Program-made: the position numbers and the translations under genes
The notes under the pieces: generated by a model
Databases searched by the model: none
Told to the model about the DNA's origin: nothing
Seen by the model: the letters and a program-made list of their open reading frames with translations, nothing else
Assembly: GCA_001818695.1 (NCBI GenBank)
Contig: MHJG01000009.1
Span: 309 to 64,308, forward strand
Reading direction: 5' to 3'
DNA length: 64,000 nucleotides
Origin: Candidatus Harrisonbacteria bacterium RIFCSPHIGHO2_02_FULL_42_16
GTDB lineage: Bacteria; Patescibacteriota; Minisyncoccia; UBA6257; 02-FULL-45-10c
Shown here: positions 27,975 through 38,300 of the stretch, piece by piece
How positions within the stretch are numbered: position 1 is the stretch's first letter
Layout: every line of letters starts with the position of its first letter

Positions 27975-28183
27975 GATGTTGATAAAGTAAATTGAAACAA
28001 GAAGATTGATTTAAGAAAAGGAGATAAAAATGAGTAGGCGGGAAAATCCGATTCAAGCGGCTATTGAAAAAATTAAAGAAGCGGCTAAAACACTCACGAG
28101 TAGTGTTTTTTTGTTGGTTTGCCGAGCGAGAAATCAGTCATTACTTGATAATTTATTTAATTATTTGTGATATACTTATATTT

Positions 28184-28786
28184 ATGGCAACTAAACTTAC
28201 TCGCCGACAGCATTTAAAATATAAAATCTGCATTTCCGGAGCCGCGGACACCGGCCACTGCGCGATTGATGCGTCGGAAAAAGCCGAAGAAATGGGCCGG
28301 GAAATCGCCCGTCGGGGAATGGTATTGGTAACCGGCGCCACTGTCGGCATACCTTATTGGGCCGCTAAGGGAGCCAAAGAAGAGGGCGGAATTGTCATCG
28401 GGCTTTCGCCGGCCGCTTCGGAAGCCGCTCATGTTAAGTCCTATAAACTTCCCACGGATTATCATGATTTAATTATTTATACCGGTTTTGAGTATTCCGG
28501 CCGGAATTTGCTTTTGACCCGTTCCGCGGACGCAGTAATCAATATCTGCGGCCGGATGGGAACGCTTAACGAATTTACTATTGCTTTTGAAGACGAGAAG
28601 CCGATTGGCGTTTTGGAGGGCACCGGAGGAACCGCGGATGAACTTCGGGGAATTGTCGGGAAGATGCACCGCGGTCCCGGAAAAGTGGTATACTCAAAAG
28701 ACATAAAAGAATTGCTGGATAAAGTAGTGGCGGAAATAGACAAAGAAAAAAATAATAAAGGCGTCAGCAGATATACAAGGGGATAA
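28184..28786 (+). CDS. LOG / TIGR00725 family Rossmann-fold protein
   Basis: GGxGTxxE-like CGRMGTLNEF and a glycine-rich nucleotide-binding loop. Start taken at MATKLT (28184). Confidence 0.65.
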   Translation: MATKLTRRQHLKYKICISGAADTGHCAIDASEKAEEMGREIARRGMVLVTGATVGIPYWAAKGAKEEGGIVIGLSPAASEAAHVKSYKLPTDYHDLIIYTGFEYSGRNLLLTRSADAVINICGRMGTLNEFTIAFEDEKPIGVLEGTGGTADELRGIVGKMHRGPGKVVYSKDIKELLDKVVAEIDKEKNNKGVSRYTRG

Positions 28787-28808
28787 TAAGGTCGATATTA
28801 AATCTATA

Positions 28809-29114
28809 ATGAAGCGTATGTTAAAAAAATTATTAAAAGCGTTGGGTTTTTCTAAAAAAGTTTCAAGGCAGGACAAGCCGATTGGCGAAGTTACGCATTA
28901 TTATGGCAATTTAAAAGTTGCCATAGTCAGATTCAGTCAGGAAGTGCCGGCTGGCAAGAATGTTACTTTTCAGGGCGTTACTTCTGATTTTTCTCAAGAC
29001 CTTTCTTCAATGGAATTTGACCATAAGCCGGTTGTTTCCGCTCCGGCAGGAAAAGAAGTCGGCATTAAGGTTAAGGAGAAAGTCAGGGAAGGAGACAAAG
29101 TTTATTTGAATTAA
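28809..29114 (+). CDS. hypothetical small beta-barrel protein (EF-Tu domain-2-like pattern)
   Basis: GEVTHYYGNLKVAIVRF...AGKNVTFQG...GDKVY. Weak similarity only. Confidence 0.35.
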   Translation: MKRMLKKLLKALGFSKKVSRQDKPIGEVTHYYGNLKVAIVRFSQEVPAGKNVTFQGVTSDFSQDLSSMEFDHKPVVSAPAGKEVGIKVKEKVREGDKVYLN

Positions 29115-29116
29115 CC

Positions 29117-29575
29117 GTGGAGTATTTTGACCAGCATACTTTATCAATTTTTGGACGGCTGCTATTGGCGGCGGTTTTGGGCATTATTATCGGCATAGAA
29201 CGGGAATTAGCCCATAAATCCGCAGGAATGAGAACGCATTCTTTTGTCGCTTTGGGTTCGGCTTTGTTTTCCATTATTTCTATGTCGTTCAGCAGTCCCA
29301 CCGTTGACCCGACTAGAATCGCGGCTCAAATTGTAACCGGTATAGGTTTTTTAGGCGCGGGCATTATTATTTTTCATGATTCTCGGGTTCAGGGCCTGAC
29401 TACCGCCGCCGGCATCTGGGTGGCGGCGGCAATCGGAATGGCGATTGGATTTGGATTTTTAAAAATAGCGTTATTTACGGCCGCCCTAACCGTTTTTATT
29501 TTTGTCGTTGTCTGGCCGATAGAACAGCGTTTCGTAAAAAAATTCGCCAAAAATGAACGGAAAGATTTGGATTAG
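29117..29575 (+). CDS. MgtC/SapB family membrane protein
   Basis: IFGRLLLAAVLGIIIGIERE is the MgtC signature. Confidence 0.8.
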   Translation: MEYFDQHTLSIFGRLLLAAVLGIIIGIERELAHKSAGMRTHSFVALGSALFSIISMSFSSPTVDPTRIAAQIVTGIGFLGAGIIIFHDSRVQGLTTAAGIWVAAAIGMAIGFGFLKIALFTAALTVFIFVVVWPIEQRFVKKFAKNERKDLD

Positions 29576-29595
29576 GGAGGAACCAATTTTAATTT

Positions 29596-30723
29596 ATGTA
29601 TAAGAATATTATTCTGCCGGCCAGTATCTTGGCGGGAACAATTATCGGGGCAGGGATTTTTTCTCTGCCGTTTGTTTTTAATGCCGCCGGAATGCCCGCC
29701 GGCCTGTTCTATTTGTTATTTTTTTCCGTAATTTATATTTTTATCTATATTTTTTACGCCGATGTTATGTTAAGGACTTCGGGCGAGCACCGGTTTGTCG
29801 GCTATGCGAGGATATATTTTGGCAACTGGGGATTTTGGGCGGCGCTTTTATTCGGATTAGCCCAATTATTTTTTGTTTTGACGATCTATTTGATTCTGGC
29901 GCCCAGTTTTTCCGGATTATTTTTTCCGGACGATTATTTATCCCAGCTTCTGATTTTTTGGTTTCTTGGGTCAGCCGCGATTTTGTTTGACACCAAAAGA
30001 GTCGCTTCGCTGGAATTCATAATTGTGGCCGGAATTATCACAATTATTTTTTTGATTTTCGGTTTGGGCGCAAAAAGCGTTTTTTTCGTTAACTGGAGCA
30101 TTATTGGAGATTTTTCTTCTCGGAGCTTAGTTTTATTCGGGCCGGTTTTGTTCGCCTTATCTGGAAGTTTAGCGGTTCCGGAAGTGGTAAGTTATTTTAG
30201 GGAGTCAGGAATATCAATTTCTTTTTTAAAAAAGTCATTAATTCTCGGCAGTTTTTTGCCGGCGTTCATTTATGCCGCTTTTGTAGTTGGGATTTTGGGA
30301 TTATCGCCGAAAGTGTCTGAAGACGCGGTTTCCGGATTGGTTGGTTATGCGCCCTCATATATCTTGGTGTTCTTGGGGATTTTGGGATTTTTATCCCTAA
30401 TCAGTTCTTATATCGTGGCGGGACTTAATGCGAGAAGGGTTTTGCAATATGATTTGAATTTATCCGGCCGGTTGAGCAGATTTTTGGTAATTTTAATTCC
30501 TCTTGCCCTTTATTTTTTAGGATTTCAGAATTTTCTTGGATTGGTTACTTTTGTGGGGGCGGTATTTTTGCCGTTGGAAAGCATTTTTATAATATTTATG
30601 TGGTTGAGAGCCGATAAAGGGGCGGAAGCGCCGCCGATTTTAGTGGGCAATTTTGTTAGAACATCTATTCCGTTTCTGATTTTAGTTTTTTTAACAGGAT
30701 TGATTTATGTAATAATAAAATAA
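29596..30723 (+). CDS. amino-acid permease-like polytopic membrane protein (HAAAP-like)
   Basis: About 11 TM helices, N-terminal GAGIFSLP motif. Confidence 0.55.
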   Translation: MYKNIILPASILAGTIIGAGIFSLPFVFNAAGMPAGLFYLLFFSVIYIFIYIFYADVMLRTSGEHRFVGYARIYFGNWGFWAALLFGLAQLFFVLTIYLILAPSFSGLFFPDDYLSQLLIFWFLGSAAILFDTKRVASLEFIIVAGIITIIFLIFGLGAKSVFFVNWSIIGDFSSRSLVLFGPVLFALSGSLAVPEVVSYFRESGISISFLKKSLILGSFLPAFIYAAFVVGILGLSPKVSEDAVSGLVGYAPSYILVFLGILGFLSLISSYIVAGLNARRVLQYDLNLSGRLSRFLVILIPLALYFLGFQNFLGLVTFVGAVFLPLESIFIIFMWLRADKGAEAPPILVGNFVRTSIPFLILVFLTGLIYVIIK

Positions 30724-30729
30724 TAATTT

Positions 30730-30801
30730 GTCCTCATAGTACAATGGATAGTACATAGCCCTCCGAAGGCTGAGATTGTGGTTCAATTCCACATGAGGAC
30801 A
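30730..30801 (+). tRNA. tRNA-Arg (anticodon CCG)
   Basis: Folded by hand. Acceptor GTCCTCA/TGAGGAC, D-arm GTAC-AATGGATA-GTAC, anticodon stem TAGCC/GGCTG with loop CTCCGAA, T-arm TGTGG-TTCAATT-CCACA. 72 nt, CCA not encoded. Confidence 0.8.
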
Positions 30802-30805
30802 CAAA

Positions 30806-31243
30806 ATGTTTAAATTTTTAACCAAATTATTTTTTATCAGTTTTTTGCTTAATTTTGTTTGGGAAATAACTCAAATGCCGCTTTATGGCGAGATGGGAAT
30901 GGGTCTGCGGGATAATTATTTGGAGTTTTTAAAAATTCATTGGGAAGTGTCATTAAAAGACGCATTGATGGTAGTAGTAGCGTATTTGCTGATAGGATAT
31001 TTAGTTAAAAATTGGGAATGGGCTAAAACTTTTAATCACGGCTGGGTTTTGCTTTGGATTTCCTTGCCTTTATGGCAAGGAATCATTGAGTATTATTCGG
31101 TTTATATCTACTTCCGTTGGGAGTATGCGGAATCAATGCCGTTAATTTTCGCCATTGGCATATCGCCAATTTTACAAATGCTCATTTTGCCAAGTTTGGC
31201 TATTTTATTGTTTCGTCAAACCTTCTCTAATTCGATCGAATAG
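30806..31243 (+). CDS. hypothetical membrane protein (4 TM, Trp-rich)
   Basis: 145-aa hydrophobic ORF immediately after the tRNA. Confidence 0.45.
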   Translation: MFKFLTKLFFISFLLNFVWEITQMPLYGEMGMGLRDNYLEFLKIHWEVSLKDALMVVVAYLLIGYLVKNWEWAKTFNHGWVLLWISLPLWQGIIEYYSVYIYFRWEYAESMPLIFAIGISPILQMLILPSLAILLFRQTFSNSIE

Positions 31244-31279
31244 TTGAATAGTTAAAGTTAATTTGTTAAAATAAAATTT

Positions 31280-31540
31280 ATGAAAGATTTAGAGAAATTA
31301 TTAAAGGCGTTAGCTAATCGGCGCCGGCTGGCAATTTTAAAATATTTAAAAGATAACCGTGAAGCATCAGTGGGCGATATTGCGGCAGCGATTCACCTTT
31401 CATTTCAAGCAACTTCTAAGCATTTAAGCAGATTGTCGGCGGTGGATATTGTTGACAAAGAACAGCGAAGTTTGCAGATGTTTTATTTTTTAAATAAAGA
31501 GCAAAAAGCGGCTGTCCAACGTATACTTTTTCTTCTTTAA
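31280..31540 (+). CDS. ArsR/SmtB family transcriptional regulator
   Basis: LKALANRRRLAILKYLKDNREASVGDIAAAIHLSFQATSKHLSRL is an ArsR-type wHTH. Confidence 0.7.
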   Translation: MKDLEKLLKALANRRRLAILKYLKDNREASVGDIAAAIHLSFQATSKHLSRLSAVDIVDKEQRSLQMFYFLNKEQKAAVQRILFLL

Positions 31541-31612
31541 CTATTTTCTAATTATATCTAATAGTTGAATAGATAATATAGTTTATAGTTTACAGATATT
31601 TAAAATAGTTTA

Positions 31613-32548
31613 ATGGTGAAAATTAAAAAAAACATTTCTCTTAAAAATCTTTCCACTTTTAAAATCGGCGGACGGGTCAGGTTTTTTTGCGAAGTTAGAA
31701 ATGATAAAGAATTATTGGAATCGTTACGAATGGCAAAAAAGCTTAGGATTCCTTATAAGATTATTGCCGGCGGAAGCAATGTGGTATTTCCGGATAAAAT
31801 TTTAAATTGTTTGTTGATAAAAATAAAGAGCAATAGATTAAAAATAATAAAAAATAAAATTATTATTGATGCCGGCGTATCGCTCTTGCGCGTTATAGCG
31901 GCAGCCAATAGGCGCGGTTTGCGCGGATTAGAGACCTTAGCCGGTATTCCGGGAACTATCGGCGGCGCGATTGTCGGCAATGCCGGCGCTTACGGACATT
32001 CCATTTCGGAAGTAGTGGAACGGGTAGAAATGTTAAATGAGACAGGCGACAAGCGATGGGTTACAAATCGTAATTGTAAGTTTGAGTATCGAGAAAGTGT
32101 TTTTAAGAAAAAACCTTATATTATTTTGCGGGCGGTTTTTAATTTTCAAAAAGGCCTGCCTGCCGACGGGCGAGGCAATCCGGAAAAATTGCAGAAAATA
32201 TCGCGGAATATTATTAAAATCCGCCTTAAAAAATATAAGCCGGGACTTCGTTGTCCGGGGAGTTTTTTTAAGAATGTTTTAATATCCGGCATCTCTAAAA
32301 AATCTTTGGCGTTGATTGATAAAAACAAGATAATAGACGGAAAAATTCCCGCCGGCTATTTATTGGAGGAAGTCAGCGCCAAGGGAATGAAATTGGGCGG
32401 CACAAAAATCGCTGATTTTCACGGGAATTTGTTCGTTAATACCGGCGGCGCTAAGGCGGCCGAGGTAGAAAGATTGGCAAAAATTTTAAAAAGCAAAGTC
32501 CAAAAAAAATTCCATATTAATTTGGAAGAAGAAATCCACTATTTTTGA
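31613..32548 (+). CDS. murB: UDP-N-acetylenolpyruvoylglucosamine reductase
   Basis: FAD-binding N-terminus (LSTFKIGG..., IIAGGSNVV) and MurB C-terminal domain. Confidence 0.85.
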   Translation: MVKIKKNISLKNLSTFKIGGRVRFFCEVRNDKELLESLRMAKKLRIPYKIIAGGSNVVFPDKILNCLLIKIKSNRLKIIKNKIIIDAGVSLLRVIAAANRRGLRGLETLAGIPGTIGGAIVGNAGAYGHSISEVVERVEMLNETGDKRWVTNRNCKFEYRESVFKKKPYIILRAVFNFQKGLPADGRGNPEKLQKISRNIIKIRLKKYKPGLRCPGSFFKNVLISGISKKSLALIDKNKIIDGKIPAGYLLEEVSAKGMKLGGTKIADFHGNLFVNTGGAKAAEVERLAKILKSKVQKKFHINLEEEIHYF

Positions 32549-32620
32549 ATCAAATTGACAATTTTAATTTTTTAGATTACTATTTGTATAGATTTTGTAC
32601 CTTGTAAGGGAGAATAATCG

Positions 32621-34054
32621 ATGGAGCTTTTAGACGGGATTTTAATTTTTCTGCTGGCGCTGGCCGGCGCCGTTGTTTTATTTGTTTTGAGCGCGTTGGC
32701 TTGGATTGTCCGCAATTTTTTGAGATGGTCTTTCGTATTTTTATTTTTTTATGCCGTTATCATATGCTATAAAGCGCCATTTCAGAGCATTTATGTTCCA
32801 GAACCTGCGGCAGTTCCTGATAGATTATTCCGTTACGAGCAGGATAATTTTGGAGCTCAAATAAAAGCTGGTTTCGCGAAGCGGGATATTACTCCGCCGA
32901 GATTTTCTTGGCTGGCTGGTTATTACCCGCCGCACCCGGGAATTTTTATCCGGGAATGGCTTTGGGTAAAGAGTTTGGCGCTGAAAGACAGCGGTGGAAA
33001 CCGAATTGTAATTGTCTCCTGCGATTTAATCGGGCTTTTGCCGGATGAAATAGAAAAAATAAAAAATTTGGTGAAAAAAGCCGCGCCGGATTCCATATTT
33101 ATAAGCGCTACTCATACTCATTCCGGTCCGGACACCATAGGGCTTTGGGGAATACCGCCGTTTACCGGAAAAAATGAGAAATATATGGAATTTTTGCGCC
33201 GGCAAATAGCGGAAGTAATTGATGAATCAGTTTCTGATTTAAGCCAAGGGACAATCCGTTTTGGAGAAGGAGAATTTTCCGGATATGTTGGTGGACGCGA
33301 AGGAAATCCCCCGGACCCGGCTGTTTCGGTTATGCAGGTTTTGCTTTCGTCCGGCATTCCGGTAACTCTGGTTAATTTTGCCAGTCATGCGGATGTAATG
33401 AAAAGTTTTCGCATTTCCGCTGACTTTCCTTATTATCTTTATGAACGGTTGGGAAAATTGACGGGCGGAGAAGTTATTTTTATTCCGGGCGCCATTGGCG
33501 GAGTTCAGCCGAAAAGAAACGGAAATAAAAATAACCAAGACCGGTTTTTGGAAAGAGGATTGGGAGAAGATTTAGCTGACAGAGTATATAAAATTATGGA
33601 AAAGCCGATTGTTTCCGAAAACGCCAGTATTGCCGTAAAACAGGTTAAGATAATGGCTTCGCTTGAAAATAAAAAATTTTCTCAGGCGGCACGAATTGGA
33701 ATAGTATCTGATTTAGAAATTCCTATAAAAATTTCAGGGAAAATTAGCAATGATTTGTTTTATGCCGTTGAAGTGAAAGCAGTGGAAGCTCGGCTGGCAC
33801 AAATTAAAATAGGACCGGCGGAAATTATAACTATTCCCGGAGAATTGTTTCCGAGCATCTGGTGGGCGATAAAGCCGAAAATGCGCGGCAAACCGAAATT
33901 TATTTTTGGATTGACCAACGGCGAGCTTGGTTATATTCTTTCTCCAAAAGATTTTGATTCCGGGAAACATCCATATCATCAAGGAATGTCAATAGGAAAA
34001 GAATCGGGAGATTCCGTTGAAAAAGCTTTAGAGATACTATTAGACGGAAAATAA
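32621..34054 (+). CDS. membrane-anchored hydrolase, neutral/alkaline ceramidase-like (tentative)
   Basis: N-terminal TMs then GFAKRDITPP...SATHTHSGPD. Assignment is weak. Confidence 0.4.
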   Translation: MELLDGILIFLLALAGAVVLFVLSALAWIVRNFLRWSFVFLFFYAVIICYKAPFQSIYVPEPAAVPDRLFRYEQDNFGAQIKAGFAKRDITPPRFSWLAGYYPPHPGIFIREWLWVKSLALKDSGGNRIVIVSCDLIGLLPDEIEKIKNLVKKAAPDSIFISATHTHSGPDTIGLWGIPPFTGKNEKYMEFLRRQIAEVIDESVSDLSQGTIRFGEGEFSGYVGGREGNPPDPAVSVMQVLLSSGIPVTLVNFASHADVMKSFRISADFPYYLYERLGKLTGGEVIFIPGAIGGVQPKRNGNKNNQDRFLERGLGEDLADRVYKIMEKPIVSENASIAVKQVKIMASLENKKFSQAARIGIVSDLEIPIKISGKISNDLFYAVEVKAVEARLAQIKIGPAEIITIPGELFPSIWWAIKPKMRGKPKFIFGLTNGELGYILSPKDFDSGKHPYHQGMSIGKESGDSVEKALEILLDGK

Positions 34055-34112
34055 TCCCGCTTGGCGGGATTTTTTATTGCGTAAAATTAAGACGGGTATT
34101 ATAGTAAGATTA

Positions 34113-35378
34113 ATGAAATTTTTCGCTGACCTGCATATTCATTCTAAATACTCCCGCGCGGTTTCCAAGAGCATGGTTCTTGAAGAATTAGACCGCTGGG
34201 CGGATGATAAGGGAATTTTGGTAATGGGTACCGGTGATTTTACTCATCCGGCTTGGTTTAAGGAATTAAAACAGAAATTGGAACTGGCCGAGCCGGGGCT
34301 TTTTAAGCTAAAAAAGAAATTTAAATTGAAAACAATAAAAGGCACTTTTGCGGAAACCCGTTTTATGCTGACGGTGGAAATTTCCTGCATTTATACCCGC
34401 GGCGGCAGGGGGCGACGCGTGCATCATATTGTTTTTGCGCCGGATATTGAGACAGCAGAAAAAATCAACACCCAGCTTTCTTGGATTGGCAATTTGGCTT
34501 CGGACGGCCGTCCGATAATCGGTCTTGATTCCGAAGAGCTGGCTAAAATTGTTTTTAATGCTAATCCGCGTGCGGTTATTGTTCCGGCGCACGTCTGGAC
34601 GCCGTGGTTTTCGGTATTCGGCTCAATGTCCGGATTTGATTCGTTGGAAGAATGTTTCGGGGAATACGCCAAGAATATCTTTGCTATTGAAACCGGGCTT
34701 TCTTCTGACCCGCAGATGAATTGGCGGGTGAAAAGTTTGGATAAAATCGCTTTAATTTCCAATTCGGATTCTCATAGCTTGCAGCGCATCGGACGGGAGG
34801 CGAATGTTTTTGACACGGAATTATCTTATTCAGGAATTATGGACGCAATAAAATCACGCAATCCTAAAAAATTTTTAAATACCATAGAATTTTTTCCGGA
34901 AGAAGGAAAGTATCATTATGACGGGCATCGGGCTTGCGGCGTGGTGATGCCACCGAAAGAAAGCAAAAAGTTGAAAGATATATGTCCAAAGTGTGAAAAA
35001 AAGATGACACTTGGGGTAGTTTATCGAGTGGATCAACTTGCTGATTCTAAGAGGCCGGAAGGATATCAAGACCCAAAAAGAGTTCCCTATAAAAATTTAG
35101 TAACTTTGGATTCTATAATTGGAGAAGCGTTGGATGTCGGAAAGGCGGCGAAATCGGTGATGAAAGAATATGAAAAATTAATTAAGAATTTTAAGTCCGA
35201 ATTTAATATTTTGCTTAATGCTTCGGTTAAGGAAATTGCGCTTGCGTCCAAGCCGGAAATTGCCGAAGGGGTGGCAAGGGTGCGAGGCGGAAAATTAACC
35301 ATTAAGCCCGGCTATGACGGCGAGTTTGGCGTAATTAAGATATTTTCTGACGAAGACAGGAAAAAAATAGGCAGCTAA
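34113..35378 (+). CDS. PHP-domain nuclease, endonuclease Q (EndoQ)/TIGR00375-like
   Basis: ADLHIHSKYSRAVSK, GTGDFTHP, RRVHHIVFAP, PAHVWTPW, SNSDSHS...IGREANVF, and a zinc ribbon CPKCEKK, all colinear with the archaeal EndoQ motifs as I recall them. Confidence 0.55.
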   Translation: MKFFADLHIHSKYSRAVSKSMVLEELDRWADDKGILVMGTGDFTHPAWFKELKQKLELAEPGLFKLKKKFKLKTIKGTFAETRFMLTVEISCIYTRGGRGRRVHHIVFAPDIETAEKINTQLSWIGNLASDGRPIIGLDSEELAKIVFNANPRAVIVPAHVWTPWFSVFGSMSGFDSLEECFGEYAKNIFAIETGLSSDPQMNWRVKSLDKIALISNSDSHSLQRIGREANVFDTELSYSGIMDAIKSRNPKKFLNTIEFFPEEGKYHYDGHRACGVVMPPKESKKLKDICPKCEKKMTLGVVYRVDQLADSKRPEGYQDPKRVPYKNLVTLDSIIGEALDVGKAAKSVMKEYEKLIKNFKSEFNILLNASVKEIALASKPEIAEGVARVRGGKLTIKPGYDGEFGVIKIFSDEDRKKIGS

Positions 35379-35388
35379 AACGTGTTTT

Positions 35389-38300
35389 TTAGATTTTTTT
35401 GACCCCAATCCAAATTGGCTCTTCGTTAAGTTTTGAATTTAATTCCGCGTCAAATTTTCCGGTTTTTTTAAATTCAATTGATTTTGCGCCCACTTCTTTT
35501 TTAAGAAAATTCGCATTTTTTTCCAGCGTGGTCTTATACGCCTGGGTATCAATCATTAGCGCGATGGTGTCTTTGGGAATATAATTCGCGTCATGCCTGA
35601 GGCCCTGCACCATTCGTGCCAATTCTCTTAACAGTCCCTCTTCCTGAAGTTCGGGCGTAATTTTAAAATCCAGATTAACTTCATTTTTAATAACCATATT
35701 CCAATTAACTTTTTTTACGTTCACTTCATTTTTTATAACTTCTATCAATTCCGTGTCTCTTGCGTCAATTTTTGAACTTTTAATTTCCAGTGTTTGAAGC
35801 GGCTGGCGGACTTTAACGCCTTTTTCAGCGCGGAGCGCTAAGGCCAGGCCGGAAATTCGCCTAACTTCCTCCATTTTTTCCAAAAGCGAATAATCCATTT
35901 CTTTTTCATCGGCTTTGGGCCAGGCATCTAAATGTACCGAGTTTTTAATTTGCTGATTTTTATTTTTTGTTAAAGAAAGATAAAGAGCTTCAGCAAAGAA
36001 CGGCGTGAACGGAGCGATTAATTTGCTCAAAACAAAAAGCGAATAATAAAGGGTTTCGGAAGCCGATTTAAAGTCATTTTTATTTTTCGGTTTCTGCAAT
36101 CGGCTTCGGGAGCGCCGGATATACCACCTAGAAAGGTCGTCTACGAAGATTTCAATTGACTTGGCAGAGCCGCTAATGTCGTATTTTTCTAAATTTTCGG
36201 TTGCGTCCGCGGCGGTTTTATTAAGTTTTGATATAATCCAGCGGTCTAAAATATTTGTGCTTGGAGTCGGAAGCCGGGAGTTAGAAGTTTTTTCCGCGTA
36301 GGTATTCCAGAATACGAATGAATTATAAATAATCATTATAAATTTTCGCAAGGTTTTTCCCAAATCTAATTCGTCAAACACTTTCGGTTCTCCCGGAATC
36401 GTTTGGGTATAAAAATACCAGCGCAGGGTGTCTGCTCCGTATTTGTCCATCATTTCCCGCGGATTTATTGCATTACCTCTGGATTTAGACATTTTTTTTC
36501 CGAATTTGTCCAAAATATGGCCTTGAGTAACCACATTTAAATAGGGCGTGTTTTTTTTCAAAAGAGTGGCAATCGCCAGCAGGGAGTAGAACCAGCCGCG
36601 AGTTTGGTCGATTCCTTCGCTGATATAATCTGCCGGAAAAGCGAGCTGCTTATCAATTAAATCTTTATTTTCAAATGGGTAATGCCATTGGGCGTAGGGC
36701 ATGGCGCCGGAATCAAACCAGATATCGGCAACCTCTTTGACCCTTATCATTTTTCCGTCGCATTTAGCGCATTTTAAATGAATTTTATCCATATAGGGCC
36801 TATGTAAATCTAATTCTCCAACAGGATTATACGGCCAGTTATGCAATTCGGTTTTTTTAGCTATGCCATTAACTTTTATATAATTTAGCTTTAAAATTTC
36901 TTCATTGGATAATCCCCGCATCGCTCCTTCCAAAACCCAAAGCGGGTCGCCATGACTGACAATCAAAATATTTTTTCCATTATAACGGGAATTGATGTCT
37001 ATAATCGCTTCCAGCATTCTTTTTTTCACTTCATTTAAATTTTCTCCGCCCGGACAAATTTTAGTAAAGCGTTCCAGGTCGTTTTTGTGAAACTTATGGT
37101 GTTCTTCAACCGGGCGCCAATTAAAAATTCCGCAGTTTATTTCCGAAAGCCGTTTATCTATTATTACTCTGGATTTTGTGATTTTGGCGGCTATTTTTGC
37201 GGTTTCTTTGGTGCGGTTATACGGGGAAGCAAAAATAAAATCCAGTTTTTTATTGCCAAGCTCCTTTTTTAAATTTATAGCCGCCGATTCCGCGTTTTTT
37301 TTGCCTTTTATGGTAAGCCGGGAAATGTTTTTTCCGTGTTCCGGTCCGGAGGCGATAAGGTTGTTTAAATTATGTTCCGCTTCTCCATGCCGAAGTAGCC
37401 AAAAATTATTTTGGGAATATCTTAATTTGTCCAAATCCTCCAAACTTCCGATTACTTCCGTATGTCCACACTGTTCTTTTGTTCGCATGGGCGCGTTCGC
37501 ATTTCGCGAGGCCTTAGCCGAGCGAGCGCCATTCGCGTGCTGCCAGATTGGCAACGGCGTGCCCCAATAGCGATTTCTGGAAATTGACCAGTCCTTTACT
37601 TCCTTAAGCCATTCGCCGAACCGCCCCTGTTTTATATGTTCCGGAACCCAGTTAATTTTTTTGCCGTTGGCAATGATTTCATCGCGAAGCTTGCTCATTT
37701 CTATAAACCAGGAAAATTTCGCCATATAAAGAAGAGGGGTGTCGCATCGCCAGCAGAACGGATATTCGTGTTCATAACTGCCCGCTTTTAAAAGCGCTTT
37801 GGTTTTTTCTAAATGGCTGACAATATCCCGGTCGGCTGTTTTGGCCGGTTTGCCGGCTCCGGGCAAACCCTTTGCAACCATACCCCTGTCATCTACTGTA
37901 ATTGGGATATCATTAATTTTTAACTTTTCGCTTTTAACGCTTAATACTTCCTGCATAAGTTTCATATCGTTTTCGCCGAAAGCCGGAGCGATATGTACCA
38001 AGCCGGTGCCTTCTTCAGTAGAAACGAAGTCGGCGCCGCATACTTTAAAAAATTTGCTGTTTTTTTGCCAAGCCCCTTTTACGTTAAATAGCTGTTTATA
38101 TTTTAAGCCGATTAGTTTTTTTCCGGACATTTTTTCAATCACTTCATATTTAACATTATCTATTGTCGGCGGAGCGTTATATGACCACAAATATTCATTG
38201 CCTATCTTATATTTGGTATAGGTAAGCTTCGGATTAACCGCAATAGCGACATTTGCCGGCAAAGTCCACGGCGTGGTGGTCCAAATCAAAAGGTATTCAT

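Noticed and set aside
36817-37527. Intein hypothesis for the ileS insertion
   Set aside because: There is no N-terminal Cys/Ser nucleophile block, no HN + Cys/Ser/Thr C-terminal junction and no endonuclease motifs. The insert has RHG/SHG histidine-phosphatase signatures instead.
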